DNA of 64,000 nucleotides from a virus: IMG/VR virus record IMGVR_UViG_3300043403_000102, positions 18,089 to 82,088 of that record; one strand, 5' to 3'. Shown piece by piece: positions 9,671 to 19,134 of this stretch (position 1 is its first letter; each line of letters starts with the position of its first letter). The notes under the pieces were generated by a model. It saw only the letters and a program-made list of their open reading frames with translations, ran no database searches and was not told where the DNA came from. The position numbers and the translations under genes were made by a program.

Positions 9671-10944
9671 GGTGATTCCTTTACAGCGACCTGGCCGGTG
9701 AACGCTTCCCAACGAGCAAGGGCCGCGTCAACATAGGTGGGATTTAACTCCATCGCAAAGCAACGACGATCCAGCTTTTCAGCAGCGATGATCTGCGACC
9801 CAGACCCAGAGAAGGGTTCGTAGCAAATATCACCCAGGCGGGTGTGGTTGACCATCGCCCGCGTGAACACCTCGACGGGCTTTTGCGTTGGGTGCACACG
9901 CTGCCCGTTCGAAACCTCGTGCGTGATATTCCAGACTGTTCCCTGGTTTCGCTCCCCGTAAAACGGCGGGCGCTCCCCCTTGATCCAACCATAAAGGCAG
10001 GGCTCGTGCTGCCAATGGTAGTCCGAGGCTCCAAAGATGATCGAGGGCTTCGCCCAGATAATCTGGTTGTGGATCAACATCCCGACATCCAGACACGCCT
10101 TAATGAACACGGGAGCCTGAGCAGATGAATGCCAAATGTAGATGGCCGCCTTTTGAGCCAGGGCATAGGCCAATGCCGTCGTCAGGAACCCCGCGAGCAT
10201 CCGGTCAAGCTCAACCACGTCACGCCCGTCACCCGCGATCAAATCCCATTTACCTTCCGTCCCTTTAAGATCGGACCGCACGGTGTCTGTGTACGCCACA
10301 CCATAGGGTGGATCGGTGGCCATCAGCAACGCAGTCTTCCCACCCATAAGCCGCGTAACATCAGCATGGTTCGTCGAATCACCACACAGGATTCGATGCT
10401 TGCCCAGAACCCACAGGTCGCCTACCTGAGACCTTGGCGTCACATTATCTGGTACTTCGTCAGCCCCCACAGGGGGTGCGGAAACATCACCAAGCCCCTT
10501 CAACATTGTGGTCAGGTCCTCTGGCATGTAACCCAGCCCTACAAACCCGTCGGCCACAGTCGACAGGTCCTTCAGCATTTCGGAGAGCATCTTGTCGTCC
10601 CAGCCGCCGATCTCGGAGATTCGGTTGTCGGCAATGAGGAACGCCTCGGCCTCTGCATCAGAGGCGAAAGACACGCCCCGAGTTACAGGTACAAGCCATT
10701 CGCCGTCGGGGGCGACAGTTATTCTGTCGGGAGCTGCCTTGCCGTCGGCCTTCATCTTCGCCAGCGTCTCCAGGCGCCCGTGCCCTGCCACAAGACGCCC
10801 GGTGGCCTCATTCAGGGTCAAGGGCTGCACGAAGCCGAATCGCCCAATGCTCTCGTCAAGCTTGTCGATCCTGTGTGTCTTCGGGTTCCTGGGAGCCTTC
10901 AAGATCGCCGTCAGCGGTGTGTACTCAATGCGAATGGATGACAT
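9667..10944 (-). CDS. ParB-like domain fused to an N6A/N4C DNA methyltransferase
   Basis: N-terminal PRNPKTH...AGHGRL...ADNR; catalytic DPPY, HPTQKP and FSGSGS motifs. Confidence 0.9.
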   Translation of the reverse strand: MSSIRIEYTPLTAILKAPRNPKTHRIDKLDESIGRFGFVQPLTLNEATGRLVAGHGRLETLAKMKADGKAAPDRITVAPDGEWLVPVTRGVSFASDAEAEAFLIADNRISEIGGWDDKMLSEMLKDLSTVADGFVGLGYMPEDLTTMLKGLGDVSAPPVGADEVPDNVTPRSQVGDLWVLGKHRILCGDSTNHADVTRLMGGKTALLMATDPPYGVAYTDTVRSDLKGTEGKWDLIAGDGRDVVELDRMLAGFLTTALAYALAQKAAIYIWHSSAQAPVFIKACLDVGMLIHNQIIWAKPSIIFGASDYHWQHEPCLYGWIKGERPPFYGERNQGTVWNITHEVSNGQRVHPTQKPVEVFTRAMVNHTRLGDICYEPFSGSGSQIIAAEKLDRRCFAMELNPTYVDAALARWEAFTGQVAVKESP

Positions 10945-11154
10945 CTAAGACTCCGATCTCTTTTGAAGAGATGCTTGAACGCGCGCCTCAAGTATCGAGG
11001 CCAGCCCGCGATCGATCTCTTGAAGCGTGTGGGCCGTGGGGGTGACTTGACCCGCCTCTATTCTCGTCAGCTCACGGGTGCTGATGCCCGAGCGCAGCGC
11101 AAGCTCATCCCGCGAGACGCGGAAGAACGCACGCATGACCCGAAGTAACCTCAC
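10945..11154 (-). CDS. XRE-family HTH regulator
   Basis: SRDELALRSGISTRELTRIEAG helix-turn-helix pattern. Confidence 0.7.
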   Translation of the reverse strand: MRLLRVMRAFFRVSRDELALRSGISTRELTRIEAGQVTPTAHTLQEIDRGLASILEARVQASLQKRSES

Positions 11155-11186
11155 GTCCCGAAAGTGACATGTCTACCGGGGGCCTG

Positions 11187-11960
11187 TCAACGTACATTGA
11201 TGTTGGCGAAGGACGGTCCCGTGTTGCTCGCCTGAGCAGCCCCGCCCCAACGGGACATCGCCTCGCGGCAGAACCACATTGCCATGACGGTGTCGGCCTG
11301 CCCGCTCATGGGGTAGTTGTTGACCTCGGTGGTCCAGACGCACCAGCCGCACTGACAGGTCGGGGGGTGGCCCTCGAACTCGTCGGCGGGGATGACCCAG
11401 GCCTTGTTGGCGAACTCGACTTCTAGGCTGGGCAGGCCGACGTCGACCTTGTGCTTGTTGGCCCCGGTGGTGAAGCTTTCGATCTTGTACCAGAACGAGG
11501 CATCGACGCCGCCGACGTTCCGAATCCAGTCGATGATGGACTGCTGGTATCCGTTGTTCTCGACCATGATGTGCCGCACGTTCGGGTAGCTGGCGTGCAT
11601 CTGGGCCAGGTTCCGGGCGGTCTCGGGGCTGGTCCAGGCACCCCTTCGGATCTCCAGAGGGTAGCGGCGCTGGGTCGTGGGGTCGATAGACGCGGCAAAG
11701 ATGACGTTACCGGCCCGCGTGGCCCCTGCCAAGTCGACACCCATGAACGTGGGCCAGCCGCTGCGCTGGATATTCCCCAGGGCCACGCCGTGGCTGTAGC
11801 AGTTCTTGAAGCTCGGGAACAGCCGCTCCTCGTCCGTGAAGGCGCGCATCTGGAACCCACGGGCAAAGCTGCGGGGGTTCTCCTGCTGCTCCCTGCGAAG
11901 GCGGTCGGCGGGCCAATGCTCCCAAGGAGCCAGGGCAGGCAGCCGGTGCGTGTGGTTCAT
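11187..11960 (-). CDS. terL: Terminase large subunit, C-terminal nuclease part (separate gene)
   Basis: WPADRL...SFARGFQ lid segment, RNase H-like GVDLA, VENNGYQ and DTVMAMW motifs. No Walker motifs. Confidence 0.8.
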   Translation of the reverse strand: MNHTHRLPALAPWEHWPADRLRREQQENPRSFARGFQMRAFTDEERLFPSFKNCYSHGVALGNIQRSGWPTFMGVDLAGATRAGNVIFAASIDPTTQRRYPLEIRRGAWTSPETARNLAQMHASYPNVRHIMVENNGYQQSIIDWIRNVGGVDASFWYKIESFTTGANKHKVDVGLPSLEVEFANKAWVIPADEFEGHPPTCQCGWCVWTTEVNNYPMSGQADTVMAMWFCREAMSRWGGAAQASNTGPSFANINVR

Positions 11961-12199
11961 TCCGTCAGTGTAACAACTGTCGTGACCGATGCCCGGAACT
12001 GCAGGAGCAACGCATCGATGAAGGGCTTCCCGTCTTTGGGAGCCACGACACCTCCTGCAGCCATGCTGTAAATCCCGTCATCCATGTCAGCGGAGAACTC
12101 AGGGTCATTGTAGGTCGCTTCGACCGTTCCGTCCTTCAGCAGCTCGAAGGAAGCCAGGCACTCGGGGGACTCGCCAACGGTCATCACGTTGTAGGTCAT
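11957..12199 (-). CDS. Small acidic protein, possible immunity partner of the upstream kinase
   Basis: 80 aa, translationally coupled (ATGA) to the end of the kinase-domain gene. Function is inference. Confidence 0.45.
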   Translation of the reverse strand: MTYNVMTVGESPECLASFELLKDGTVEATYNDPEFSADMDDGIYSMAAGGVVAPKDGKPFIDALLLQFRASVTTVVTLTE

Positions 12200-14706
12200 T
12201 TAGTTCTTACCGTCCCTTCTTCAGAATCTGACCCGCTCCAGGGAACAAGTTTTGAGTATGGAATGTCTTTAGGGCGCGGGCTCCAGCTTGGCGCCACTTC
12301 TGCCATCACGGCTTGCACCGTGCGCTGCGTGTCCTTGCCCAAGTCCAGCTCGGGGGACTCGTGAGAGAACTTGAAGCTGCCCTCTTCGCCGTGAAACTCG
12401 ACCATGCGGGGGTTGGCCTTAAGGGCCTCCAGACGAACGATGACCCCGTGGATCGCTTCGGGCTCCAGGCCGTGAGCCTTGAGGGTACTGGCAATCTGGT
12501 GGGTGTCCGCATGCTCGATCATCTTGGATACCTCCGGGTGTAGCGGGCCCTCGACGTGGCGGTCCACACGGGGCAACTTCGCCATATGGGAGGGGACGAT
12601 GGAGGTGGGGAACGCCAACCCGTGGTCTATGAGCAGGGGCGTGCGGGTCTTACCCTCGTAACTGGGCATCCAGTTCCGGCTGTGCCGATCGGTGTTGCCG
12701 ATAATGAGATCGAAGGCGCGCATCTTTTGGAACCCGACGGGGTCGTCTTGGATTCCCTCCTGGGCTCTCGCGTGGGCGTTCGCGGTCAAGGTCTTCTCCA
12801 CGTCCGCGGGCTTCACACCGAATTTAGCCGCGTTGGCGTTGTAGCGTTCCTGTAGGGCCGCCGTTAATTCCTTCGGTAATCCCTTCGGCTGGTGGGCCGC
12901 CTGGACCGAGCCAATGCCTTCGGGGAGGTCCTCGCGCACCACGGTCGGGGGCACCATGTGCCCGAGGCCGAGGACTTGGGAAAGGGCGTAGGCAGCGACC
13001 TCCCGCTTGTAGCTGGTACCCGGGGTCACGTCAGGACGCATACGCGGCTCCCCCGTGGCAGGCTTGTAGTAGGCCTGAGAGCCGTCAGGGAAGTGTAACC
13101 GTTGGGTAACGGACACCCCCTTCTCCCCTTCCTTAAGGGGCTCGGCCTTTACGGGGGCCACGAACTCTAGCTTCGCGATTCCTTTGTCGATGACGTGGTC
13201 GGAGTCCTTCACATCCTCCTCACTCACCCAGTAGTGCCACTGATGGGACTTGTCCCCTATCTTGCGCTCGCGCTCGACCAGCACGAGGTTCTCACGCCCT
13301 GCCATGCGTGCGACCCCCGGCATTGTCACGCTAGGCACGTCGCCAGGTGTGGTGGTCTCGACGACAGAGCGCACAGGCTCTGCATGCACGTGAACCGCGG
13401 CCCCTATACGCACGAGGCGTGACTCGACGACAACCCAGTTCATTCCTCGGAACACCGCCGCAAGGTACAGGTCTTTGCGAGTGCCATAGTCCGCGGCGTA
13501 GGCGTGCTCCCAGCAGTCGATGGCCAGCAACACTGGGCACCCCGCCATGACGCCGTCGGCATGCTTCTCGACGAGGTTCACCCGAGGGCGCCGTTCGACA
13601 AGATCCCAAACCACCAGCACCCACCCATCGGTCGAACCGCAGGCCGCCCTTAGGTCCCGCGTGAAGTTCTCCCAAGACCCCCAGGACCTCTCGACCGCTT
13701 GAAGAAATACAGGCAAGGGGTGGCCGGGCACCGACGTGAACTGCTCGAAGTAGAACTCGTGCAGGGTCACGGCATTGTAGGCGCTGGGCTCAGACCGCAG
13801 GAGCTCGCCGTGCTCGGCCCACCCCATGCCTGAAAAAGGTTGCACCGCGCGGGGCATCCCGAGCCGATCGGCCACGGTCCCCCGCAGCGTCGTGTACGGG
13901 TCGGGCCTGCCTTGATAAATGTTCGTGGCGGCCTTGCCCCCGAGGGACTGCATGATGATGTCGACCGCTTCGAGCTTGGCCAGGGCCTCGGGCCACGCCG
14001 CATACTCGGCACGCCAGTCAGGGGCCCCGCTATCGAGCCACCTCCCGAAGGCCTCGGCCCAGGCCTCCTCGGGGTGCTTCTGGGCGTAGTGAGCGGGGGC
14101 ATAGGTCAGGTATTCGACGAAGCCCCGGCTGCTGGTGTTGGGCTCTAGGGTGTCGTCGCGCTGGGGGTATGGGATCGTCGGATCTCCGAACGCCGCCAAC
14201 CACAGCGGGTTCGCGCCCAATTCGTACCCGAAGAACACCGCGTGACCCAGCTCATGACGAAGGCAGCGCAGCACCTGGTCAAAGGCATAGGCGAACTCCT
14301 GGGTCCGCGAGGCCAGGCGCCACAGTTCGGCCGTGGCCAGGAACCAGGGGACGTTGATTCTGACGCTCTTGTCCGAGGTCCAGAAGTCTTCCGTCCCCAG
14401 GTACCAGGTGGGCCAGAACGCAGGGGCAGGGGTCTTGTACGTGAACTCGAGCTGTACCAGGGCCAGGGCGTCTTTCAGCGGCCCCACCGCGGGGGCGATC
14501 GAAAGCTCCAGGTGCCTGACGGGGAACGCCAGCAGGGTGCTGGTTGCGGGCCCCCTGGCGGGTTCGGCCGTCAGGGGGTAGGAAGTCTGAATGGCGTTCA
14601 GACGGTCGACCGCACGTCCGTAAAGGGACAAGTGCTGGTCGAGCATGCGGTCACTGATTCCCGTCAGCGCCCCTCGTAGGTAGGAGAAGTCCCTTGCGAT
14701 TCTCAC
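12196..14706 (-). CDS. Multidomain protein: Fe/Mn-SOD-like with inserted Zn metallopeptidase, plus HipA/PI3-4-kinase-like domain
   Basis: SOD: ISDRMLDQH, YNAVTLHEFYF, GWVLVVWD, IDCWEHAYAADY. Peptidase: LRHELGHA, YAQKHPEEAWAEAF. Kinase: YYKP, REVAAY, VPPTV, GNTDRHSRN, IDHGLAF. Confidence 0.8.
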   Translation of the reverse strand: MRIARDFSYLRGALTGISDRMLDQHLSLYGRAVDRLNAIQTSYPLTAEPARGPATSTLLAFPVRHLELSIAPAVGPLKDALALVQLEFTYKTPAPAFWPTWYLGTEDFWTSDKSVRINVPWFLATAELWRLASRTQEFAYAFDQVLRCLRHELGHAVFFGYELGANPLWLAAFGDPTIPYPQRDDTLEPNTSSRGFVEYLTYAPAHYAQKHPEEAWAEAFGRWLDSGAPDWRAEYAAWPEALAKLEAVDIIMQSLGGKAATNIYQGRPDPYTTLRGTVADRLGMPRAVQPFSGMGWAEHGELLRSEPSAYNAVTLHEFYFEQFTSVPGHPLPVFLQAVERSWGSWENFTRDLRAACGSTDGWVLVVWDLVERRPRVNLVEKHADGVMAGCPVLLAIDCWEHAYAADYGTRKDLYLAAVFRGMNWVVVESRLVRIGAAVHVHAEPVRSVVETTTPGDVPSVTMPGVARMAGRENLVLVERERKIGDKSHQWHYWVSEEDVKDSDHVIDKGIAKLEFVAPVKAEPLKEGEKGVSVTQRLHFPDGSQAYYKPATGEPRMRPDVTPGTSYKREVAAYALSQVLGLGHMVPPTVVREDLPEGIGSVQAAHQPKGLPKELTAALQERYNANAAKFGVKPADVEKTLTANAHARAQEGIQDDPVGFQKMRAFDLIIGNTDRHSRNWMPSYEGKTRTPLLIDHGLAFPTSIVPSHMAKLPRVDRHVEGPLHPEVSKMIEHADTHQIASTLKAHGLEPEAIHGVIVRLEALKANPRMVEFHGEEGSFKFSHESPELDLGKDTQRTVQAVMAEVAPSWSPRPKDIPYSKLVPWSGSDSEEGTVRTK

Positions 14707-14719
14707 AGCGAGCAGGCTA

Positions 14720-15424
14720 TCAGACTTTGGAGGGCTTGGGCCACAGGATGCGTCGGGTACGACTACCGCTGGCCTGGCTCATGCGGGCCTCGCCACGGCT
14801 TAGGAACAGGACCTCACCGTCGGGGGCCTCGGCAATCTGATAGCCGCCTTGGGCGATCTCGAAGGGCTCCAGCTCGTGCGTGTCCAGGTACGTCGTGCGG
14901 CCGTCGTGGGGCTTCAAGATGGGGAGGCCGAACCACTTAGGCAGCACGAAGTCACTCACGGGGATGATGCGGGTCTGCCCGAGCAGCTCGACCTCAATGC
15001 CGTATTCGTCTCGCTGAACCGGGTCACCAAGTTCGACGTAGTACGTGCGTCCCTTGGGCCCGTCGACCTTGCGGTCGAGCCTGGGGTTGCCGAACATCTC
15101 AAGGGCCTCATGCGACAGGGTCACGCTCGGGTGCTTCGACTGGCTCATGTCCACGAGACCGAAAACCCGCGACCCGAGCTGCGAATGATAGCCCGCGCTG
15201 TCGGCGTTGCCGTCGTCGTCGACGATGCCCAGGATGGCGGCCTGGTCCGCAGGGATACGCTCGGCGTGGCCATAGAAGGCCATGCCGGGGGTAACGCCCC
15301 AAAGCGGGGCCACATGCTCGCGGAGCTGCTTGGCAACGGCCGCAACCCACCACGCCACCTCATCGTCTTTGGCGACGGTCGAGTGGTTATAAACGGCGAT
15401 GTGCGTGATGGGTTGGTCGGTCAC
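14720..15424 (-). CDS. Putative zinc metalloprotease-like protein
   Basis: AGYH, TLSHEALEM, ELGDPVQ and SDFVLPKWF motifs. Confidence 0.6.
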   Translation of the reverse strand: MTDQPITHIAVYNHSTVAKDDEVAWWVAAVAKQLREHVAPLWGVTPGMAFYGHAERIPADQAAILGIVDDDGNADSAGYHSQLGSRVFGLVDMSQSKHPSVTLSHEALEMFGNPRLDRKVDGPKGRTYYVELGDPVQRDEYGIEVELLGQTRIIPVSDFVLPKWFGLPILKPHDGRTTYLDTHELEPFEIAQGGYQIAEAPDGEVLFLSRGEARMSQASGSRTRRILWPKPSKV

Positions 15425-15795
15425 TTGAACGTGTAGCCCTTCTCGGACAGGAACATCTTCGCGTGGGAGGCCGCCGCGCTGCTGACGGTGTCGGCCTTGT
15501 TGGCATCGGCAGCCTCGCCGAACTGCTTACCCGAGGACTTAACAACACACGCGATCACGTCCTCGGTGATGCCGACGGCGGGGTTGATGAGGCCGATGAG
15601 GCAGCCAGTCCAGCCGCCCACCCCCACGAGGCAATCATTGATCTTGGGAATGAGGGGGATCCCAAAGTCGCGTACGGCCTGGGTCGAGCAGTCGATGATG
15701 CCGGGGTGTCCGGGGCCAGGCATCGGCTGGGGACAGCCCGCCACCGCACTGAGTCCAAGAAGAACGGCAAGGATCCGACGGATGATGTTGTTCAT
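15421..15795 (-). CDS. Putative lipoprotein
   Basis: Signal peptide with a lipobox-like LSAVAGC; several Cys residues. Confidence 0.6.
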   Translation of the reverse strand: MNNIIRRILAVLLGLSAVAGCPQPMPGPGHPGIIDCSTQAVRDFGIPLIPKINDCLVGVGGWTGCLIGLINPAVGITEDVIACVVKSSGKQFGEAADANKADTVSSAAASHAKMFLSEKGYTFK

Positions 15796-15815
15796 CCCGA
15801 AAGCCTACCACGAAC

Positions 15816-16052
15816 CTAAGACGGCTTGTCGTCCGTGGCGGGGATGCCGATGGTGGCAGCCATCAACACGCGCATCTCGAAGGGGACCTCGCGGGCGTCA
15901 TAGACCACCGAGAAGCCGTGCTCGCTGCAGAACGTGATCGTCATGTGCTTCACGGGCGCCCCCTCGGTGGCCACGTTCAGGTAGTCGGGCAAGGCGCTGA
16001 GAAAGCTGCGGAGCTTCTCGCGGCGCGATCGTTCGGCGTCGTCCTTCATCAA
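15816..16052 (-). CDS. Hypothetical protein
   Basis: 78 aa ORF coupled to the upstream gene. Confidence 0.5.
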   Translation of the reverse strand: MMKDDAERSRREKLRSFLSALPDYLNVATEGAPVKHMTITFCSEHGFSVVYDAREVPFEMRVLMAATIGIPATDDKPS

Positions 16053-16408
16053 AGTCCCTCTAGGGTAGCAAGTAAGATCTGTTCAATGGATTCGAGGTCG
16101 TCCTGCTCGGCCGCGATAACCACCGCGGTGGTCATGTCGTCGTCGGGGGACTTTAGCTGAAGCTGCTCGATGGCGTTGGTGGCCCGCTCGTCTAGCTCAC
16201 TCGGGGGCAGCTTCCGGTTGCTCATCTCGCGACGCAGGTACCAGAGCGCCTTCTCGATGTCCTGACGGCTGGTGCCCTTGCTGCCGTGGCGCCAGACGTA
16301 CTTGATGACGTTGGCGAGGTTGAACTGAAACCCCTCGACGACATCAATGCACTCGACGCCACTGATGTGGCCCGTGTAATGTCGGGGGTGATGAACGGGG
16401 TCGCTCAT
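16049..16408 (-). CDS. DUF3310 family protein
   Basis: DPVHHPRHYT...ECIDV...NVIKYVWR...DIEKALWYL signature. Confidence 0.85.
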   Translation of the reverse strand: MSDPVHHPRHYTGHISGVECIDVVEGFQFNLANVIKYVWRHGSKGTSRQDIEKALWYLRREMSNRKLPPSELDERATNAIEQLQLKSPDDDMTTAVVIAAEQDDLESIEQILLATLEGL

Positions 16409-17037
16409 CACTTCCATCCCGGCAGGGCGTAGTTTCTGATAACGTTGGGGGAACGGGTCACGGCCTCGGAAACTTCTATCCGGTAGAGCTGCTGCTCTTT
16501 GGGGTTGGGAACCGTGTGCCTGCACATCTGCCAGGCAGAGGTCACGTTGCCCGAGGAGCAAGCCATGACTTGCGCCCCCCACAAGATTCGGATCAACGGC
16601 AACGTCACCGAGCTCTCCGCACGCCAGCGGATGATGACGTCGGTCGGTATGGCGCTCCCCGTTCGCGGAGCCCAAGCCACCTCGGTCTCAACGCCGCTCA
16701 GCATGTAATTCCCCCCGATCAAGAACATCACGGTGGCCACAGGCACCGCCTGGGTCCCGGAATCCGCCGGGGGCTTGGGAGGGGCCGGGGGAGGGGCCGG
16801 GCTCGCGTCTGGGGCCCGCTCGGGGACTTGGGGACCCGGTACCCCAGAATCCTGGGGAACGGGGCTCTGAGGCGTTCCTATTGCGAACGGGGCGGCCTGG
16901 ACCCCCGCGTCTATCAGGGGGGCGGTCTCGAACTCCGCGTTATCCCCAGCGCACCCCGTCAAGAGCCGTAGCCCCAACGTAGCGCCAAGCAGGCCTCGAA
17001 CCCTACGCCAACCCGACGGACCTTTTGAAGCGTTCAT
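16408..17037 (-). CDS. Putative lipoprotein with Pro-rich linker
   Basis: Hydrophobic signal ending LLTGC, Pro-rich stalk, GGAGG RBS. Confidence 0.55.
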   Translation of the reverse strand: MNASKGPSGWRRVRGLLGATLGLRLLTGCAGDNAEFETAPLIDAGVQAAPFAIGTPQSPVPQDSGVPGPQVPERAPDASPAPPPAPPKPPADSGTQAVPVATVMFLIGGNYMLSGVETEVAWAPRTGSAIPTDVIIRWRAESSVTLPLIRILWGAQVMACSSGNVTSAWQMCRHTVPNPKEQQLYRIEVSEAVTRSPNVIRNYALPGWK

Positions 17038-17058
17038 GCTGTGTGCCCTCCTGAAGTG

Positions 17059-17084
17059 TATTTAGGGGGCGTTCTCAAGTTTAC
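17059..17084 (-). promoter_or_regulatory. Phage promoter GTAAAC-N14-TAAATA (copy 1)
   Basis: Exact motif at a gene boundary; repeated 9 times in the window. Confidence 0.75.
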
Positions 17085-17285
17085 TCCGCAGGTCAATCAC
17101 CCGGATCCAACAAGCCGCAATCCAGTACCCCGGGATTGCGGGGTACCCCCTCCCCACGGGATGAAGCTCAATTTCCCCTACGGCCCCCGCATCACAGTAC
17201 CGACGATAACGGTGGTTGTTCCCCACGTCGGCGAACCCGCACGGGGGCTTACACCCGGGGACGTGGAACTTGTCGCGTTCGTTGC

Positions 17286-17708
17286 TCAAGTGTTCGACCT
17301 TCGATGAGCGAGCACCCGCCGCGCATAGGGGCTCGGCCTGCATCGACCCCCGTTGTATTGGGTCAGGGCATGCAACTCGACCCCCTCGCACACGTCGAGT
17401 GCCCTCTTCAAGAGGCGCATCCCGCACCGCACATTGAGGCGCAGGTTGCGCAGACCCCCTCGCTCGGCCCGGCAATACTCGATGGCTCGCCCGCTGGGGG
17501 CCACCTGCATCACGCCAAGCTCCCCGCGCTTGCCGACGACGTCCTGTCGATAGGCGCTTTCATGGGCCGCCACCATGATGGCCAGGTCGGCGGGTACCCC
17601 TATGCGCGTGGCCTCGGTGAGGATGATGGGCGCCAGCACGCGCACCCTTGCTATGGGTGCTCGCGGCGACGCCGTCAGCATCATGGCTATGATTCCTGCG
17701 ATGGTCAT
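17286..17708 (-). CDS. Lytic transglycosylase (SLT domain)
   Basis: AAHESAY (catalytic Glu), GELGVMQV, YNGG; hydrophobic N-terminus. Confidence 0.85.
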   Translation of the reverse strand: MTIAGIIAMMLTASPRAPIARVRVLAPIILTEATRIGVPADLAIMVAAHESAYRQDVVGKRGELGVMQVAPSGRAIEYCRAERGGLRNLRLNVRCGMRLLKRALDVCEGVELHALTQYNGGRCRPSPYARRVLAHRRSNT

Positions 17709-17734
17709 GGTCGCGTCAGTCTACAACGCATAAC

Positions 17735-18451
17735 TCATCGCCGCGAAAAGCTCATGTCCCAAACGTTGTGAACGATGTTCCGCTTCCAGTCCCAGATCGA
17801 AACCTGCTTAAGCCCCTTCGAGGTGAAGTGCGACAGCATGCAGTCTTTGGGGAATGGCTCGTCGCTGAAGCACAAACGTCCATTCAGGAAGTCGACCCCC
17901 GCTTTAGGGAACACGAGGTCGCGTGCCCAGTTGGACCCCGTCGATGAAGGAGTGAGCAAGAGGATCTCGGCCCCCTGCTCGGCCTCCTCCGCGCAACGCT
18001 TGGCCCAAGTAGGGGTGTCGTTGAACTCGCAGTTCAGCCACAGCAGACCCCCTATCTTGTGCCAGGGCCACGCGAAGGCATCGAAGCCCTCGGCCTTGGG
18101 GTCGGAGTTTTGGATCGTGTATTCGATCTTGACCTCGCGCCCTAGGCGGTGGTTCTTGGTGTTGTCCTCGATGGCACGCATGACGAAGGACGACGCATCG
18201 GCATTCGATGCCCCCTTAGTGACGAGGGCCTCGCCTATGGTCACAATCTCGGCGGTCGTGCATTCCCCGGATACCAGCGTCTCGGTGAACTCCTTGGGCG
18301 CGAAATACCGCGACGACTGCGTGTTCCCTGCATGCGCAGCGAGGTCGAAGCTGATGGGGCCGTACCGCGCGGTGACGGCAGCCATGAGGTTGTCAGGGGT
18401 GCGATAGTCCTGCTTGGACTTCACACCACTTGTGATACGTGGGCCGCTCAT
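17735..18451 (-). CDS. Phage N6-adenine DNA methyltransferase-like protein with atypical catalytic motif
   Basis: QDYRTP, FDLAA, LLWLNCEF (where NPPF/Y is expected), GRLCF. Confidence 0.65.
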   Translation of the reverse strand: MSGPRITSGVKSKQDYRTPDNLMAAVTARYGPISFDLAAHAGNTQSSRYFAPKEFTETLVSGECTTAEIVTIGEALVTKGASNADASSFVMRAIEDNTKNHRLGREVKIEYTIQNSDPKAEGFDAFAWPWHKIGGLLWLNCEFNDTPTWAKRCAEEAEQGAEILLLTPSSTGSNWARDLVFPKAGVDFLNGRLCFSDEPFPKDCMLSHFTSKGLKQVSIWDWKRNIVHNVWDMSFSRR

Positions 18452-18771
18452 GTTCTCACCTTCCTCACCTTCCTATGCGGTTCCGGTTTTTGCTTGAACG
18501 ACCACCACTCGGCGCCGTCGTACTCACTCCGTTCGAGCCACCAATTACTGCCGACAATCACAAGCGCTGCAGGGACCTCTTGAGAACCATGCCCAGGGTA
18601 ATACGAAGCAAAGTGGGTCTCGGCGTAGGCAACGAAGCCCGCCCAATCACACGTTTTAAGCTCCAGGGCGCCGCCAACGGCCTGGAAAAACTCGATGTCC
18701 TCTGGAGTTTTTCCGTACTCCTTAAGAGCCCTAATCGTTTCGAATAACAAGTTCTCCCTGCGCTCGCTCAC
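18448..18771 (-). CDS. Hypothetical phage protein
   Basis: GHGSQEV...WWLERSEYDGAEWW; GTG start overlaps the upstream stop. Confidence 0.6.
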   Translation of the reverse strand: MSERRENLLFETIRALKEYGKTPEDIEFFQAVGGALELKTCDWAGFVAYAETHFASYYPGHGSQEVPAALVIVGSNWWLERSEYDGAEWWSFKQKPEPHRKVRKVRT

Positions 18772-18935
18772 TTTGGTTCCTCGGGTGGTAGTTCTTGACC
18801 CCCGTTCGGGACGTAGAACATCAGGCGAAAGCACAAGGGACACGCAGGGTAGACCACGGCCTTCGAACTGGGACGTGGGCCCTGCTTGGTCTGTTCGCGG
18901 TGGTCCTCGCAGTAGTACAGGAACGTCGCACTCAT
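18768..18935 (-). CDS. Small zinc-ribbon protein (55 aa)
   Basis: Manual translation MSATFLYYCEDH...ACPLCFRLM; coupled at both ends. Confidence 0.5.
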   Translation of the reverse strand: MSATFLYYCEDHREQTKQGPRPSSKAVVYPACPLCFRLMFYVPNGGQELPPEEPK

Positions 18936-19134
18936 TGAATCGGACCTAGACCGAAGGCGACATGCAGCTTTTCAATAACCGGAAATAGCACGCCCTCCAT
19001 GGTATTTCGGATTGGTGCCTCTCGCAGCGCCTTGTACAGGATCGTTATGCACAGCGCCTCGTCCCTCGTCAGCTCGACTCTCGCCGCTCTTGGTATATTG
19101 TGCGCCGCCAATACAGCATCTCGCATGTTCATCG

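Noticed and set aside
8733-9701. 322-aa plus-strand ORF
   Set aside because: Shadow of three coherent minus-strand genes, including DUF2829.
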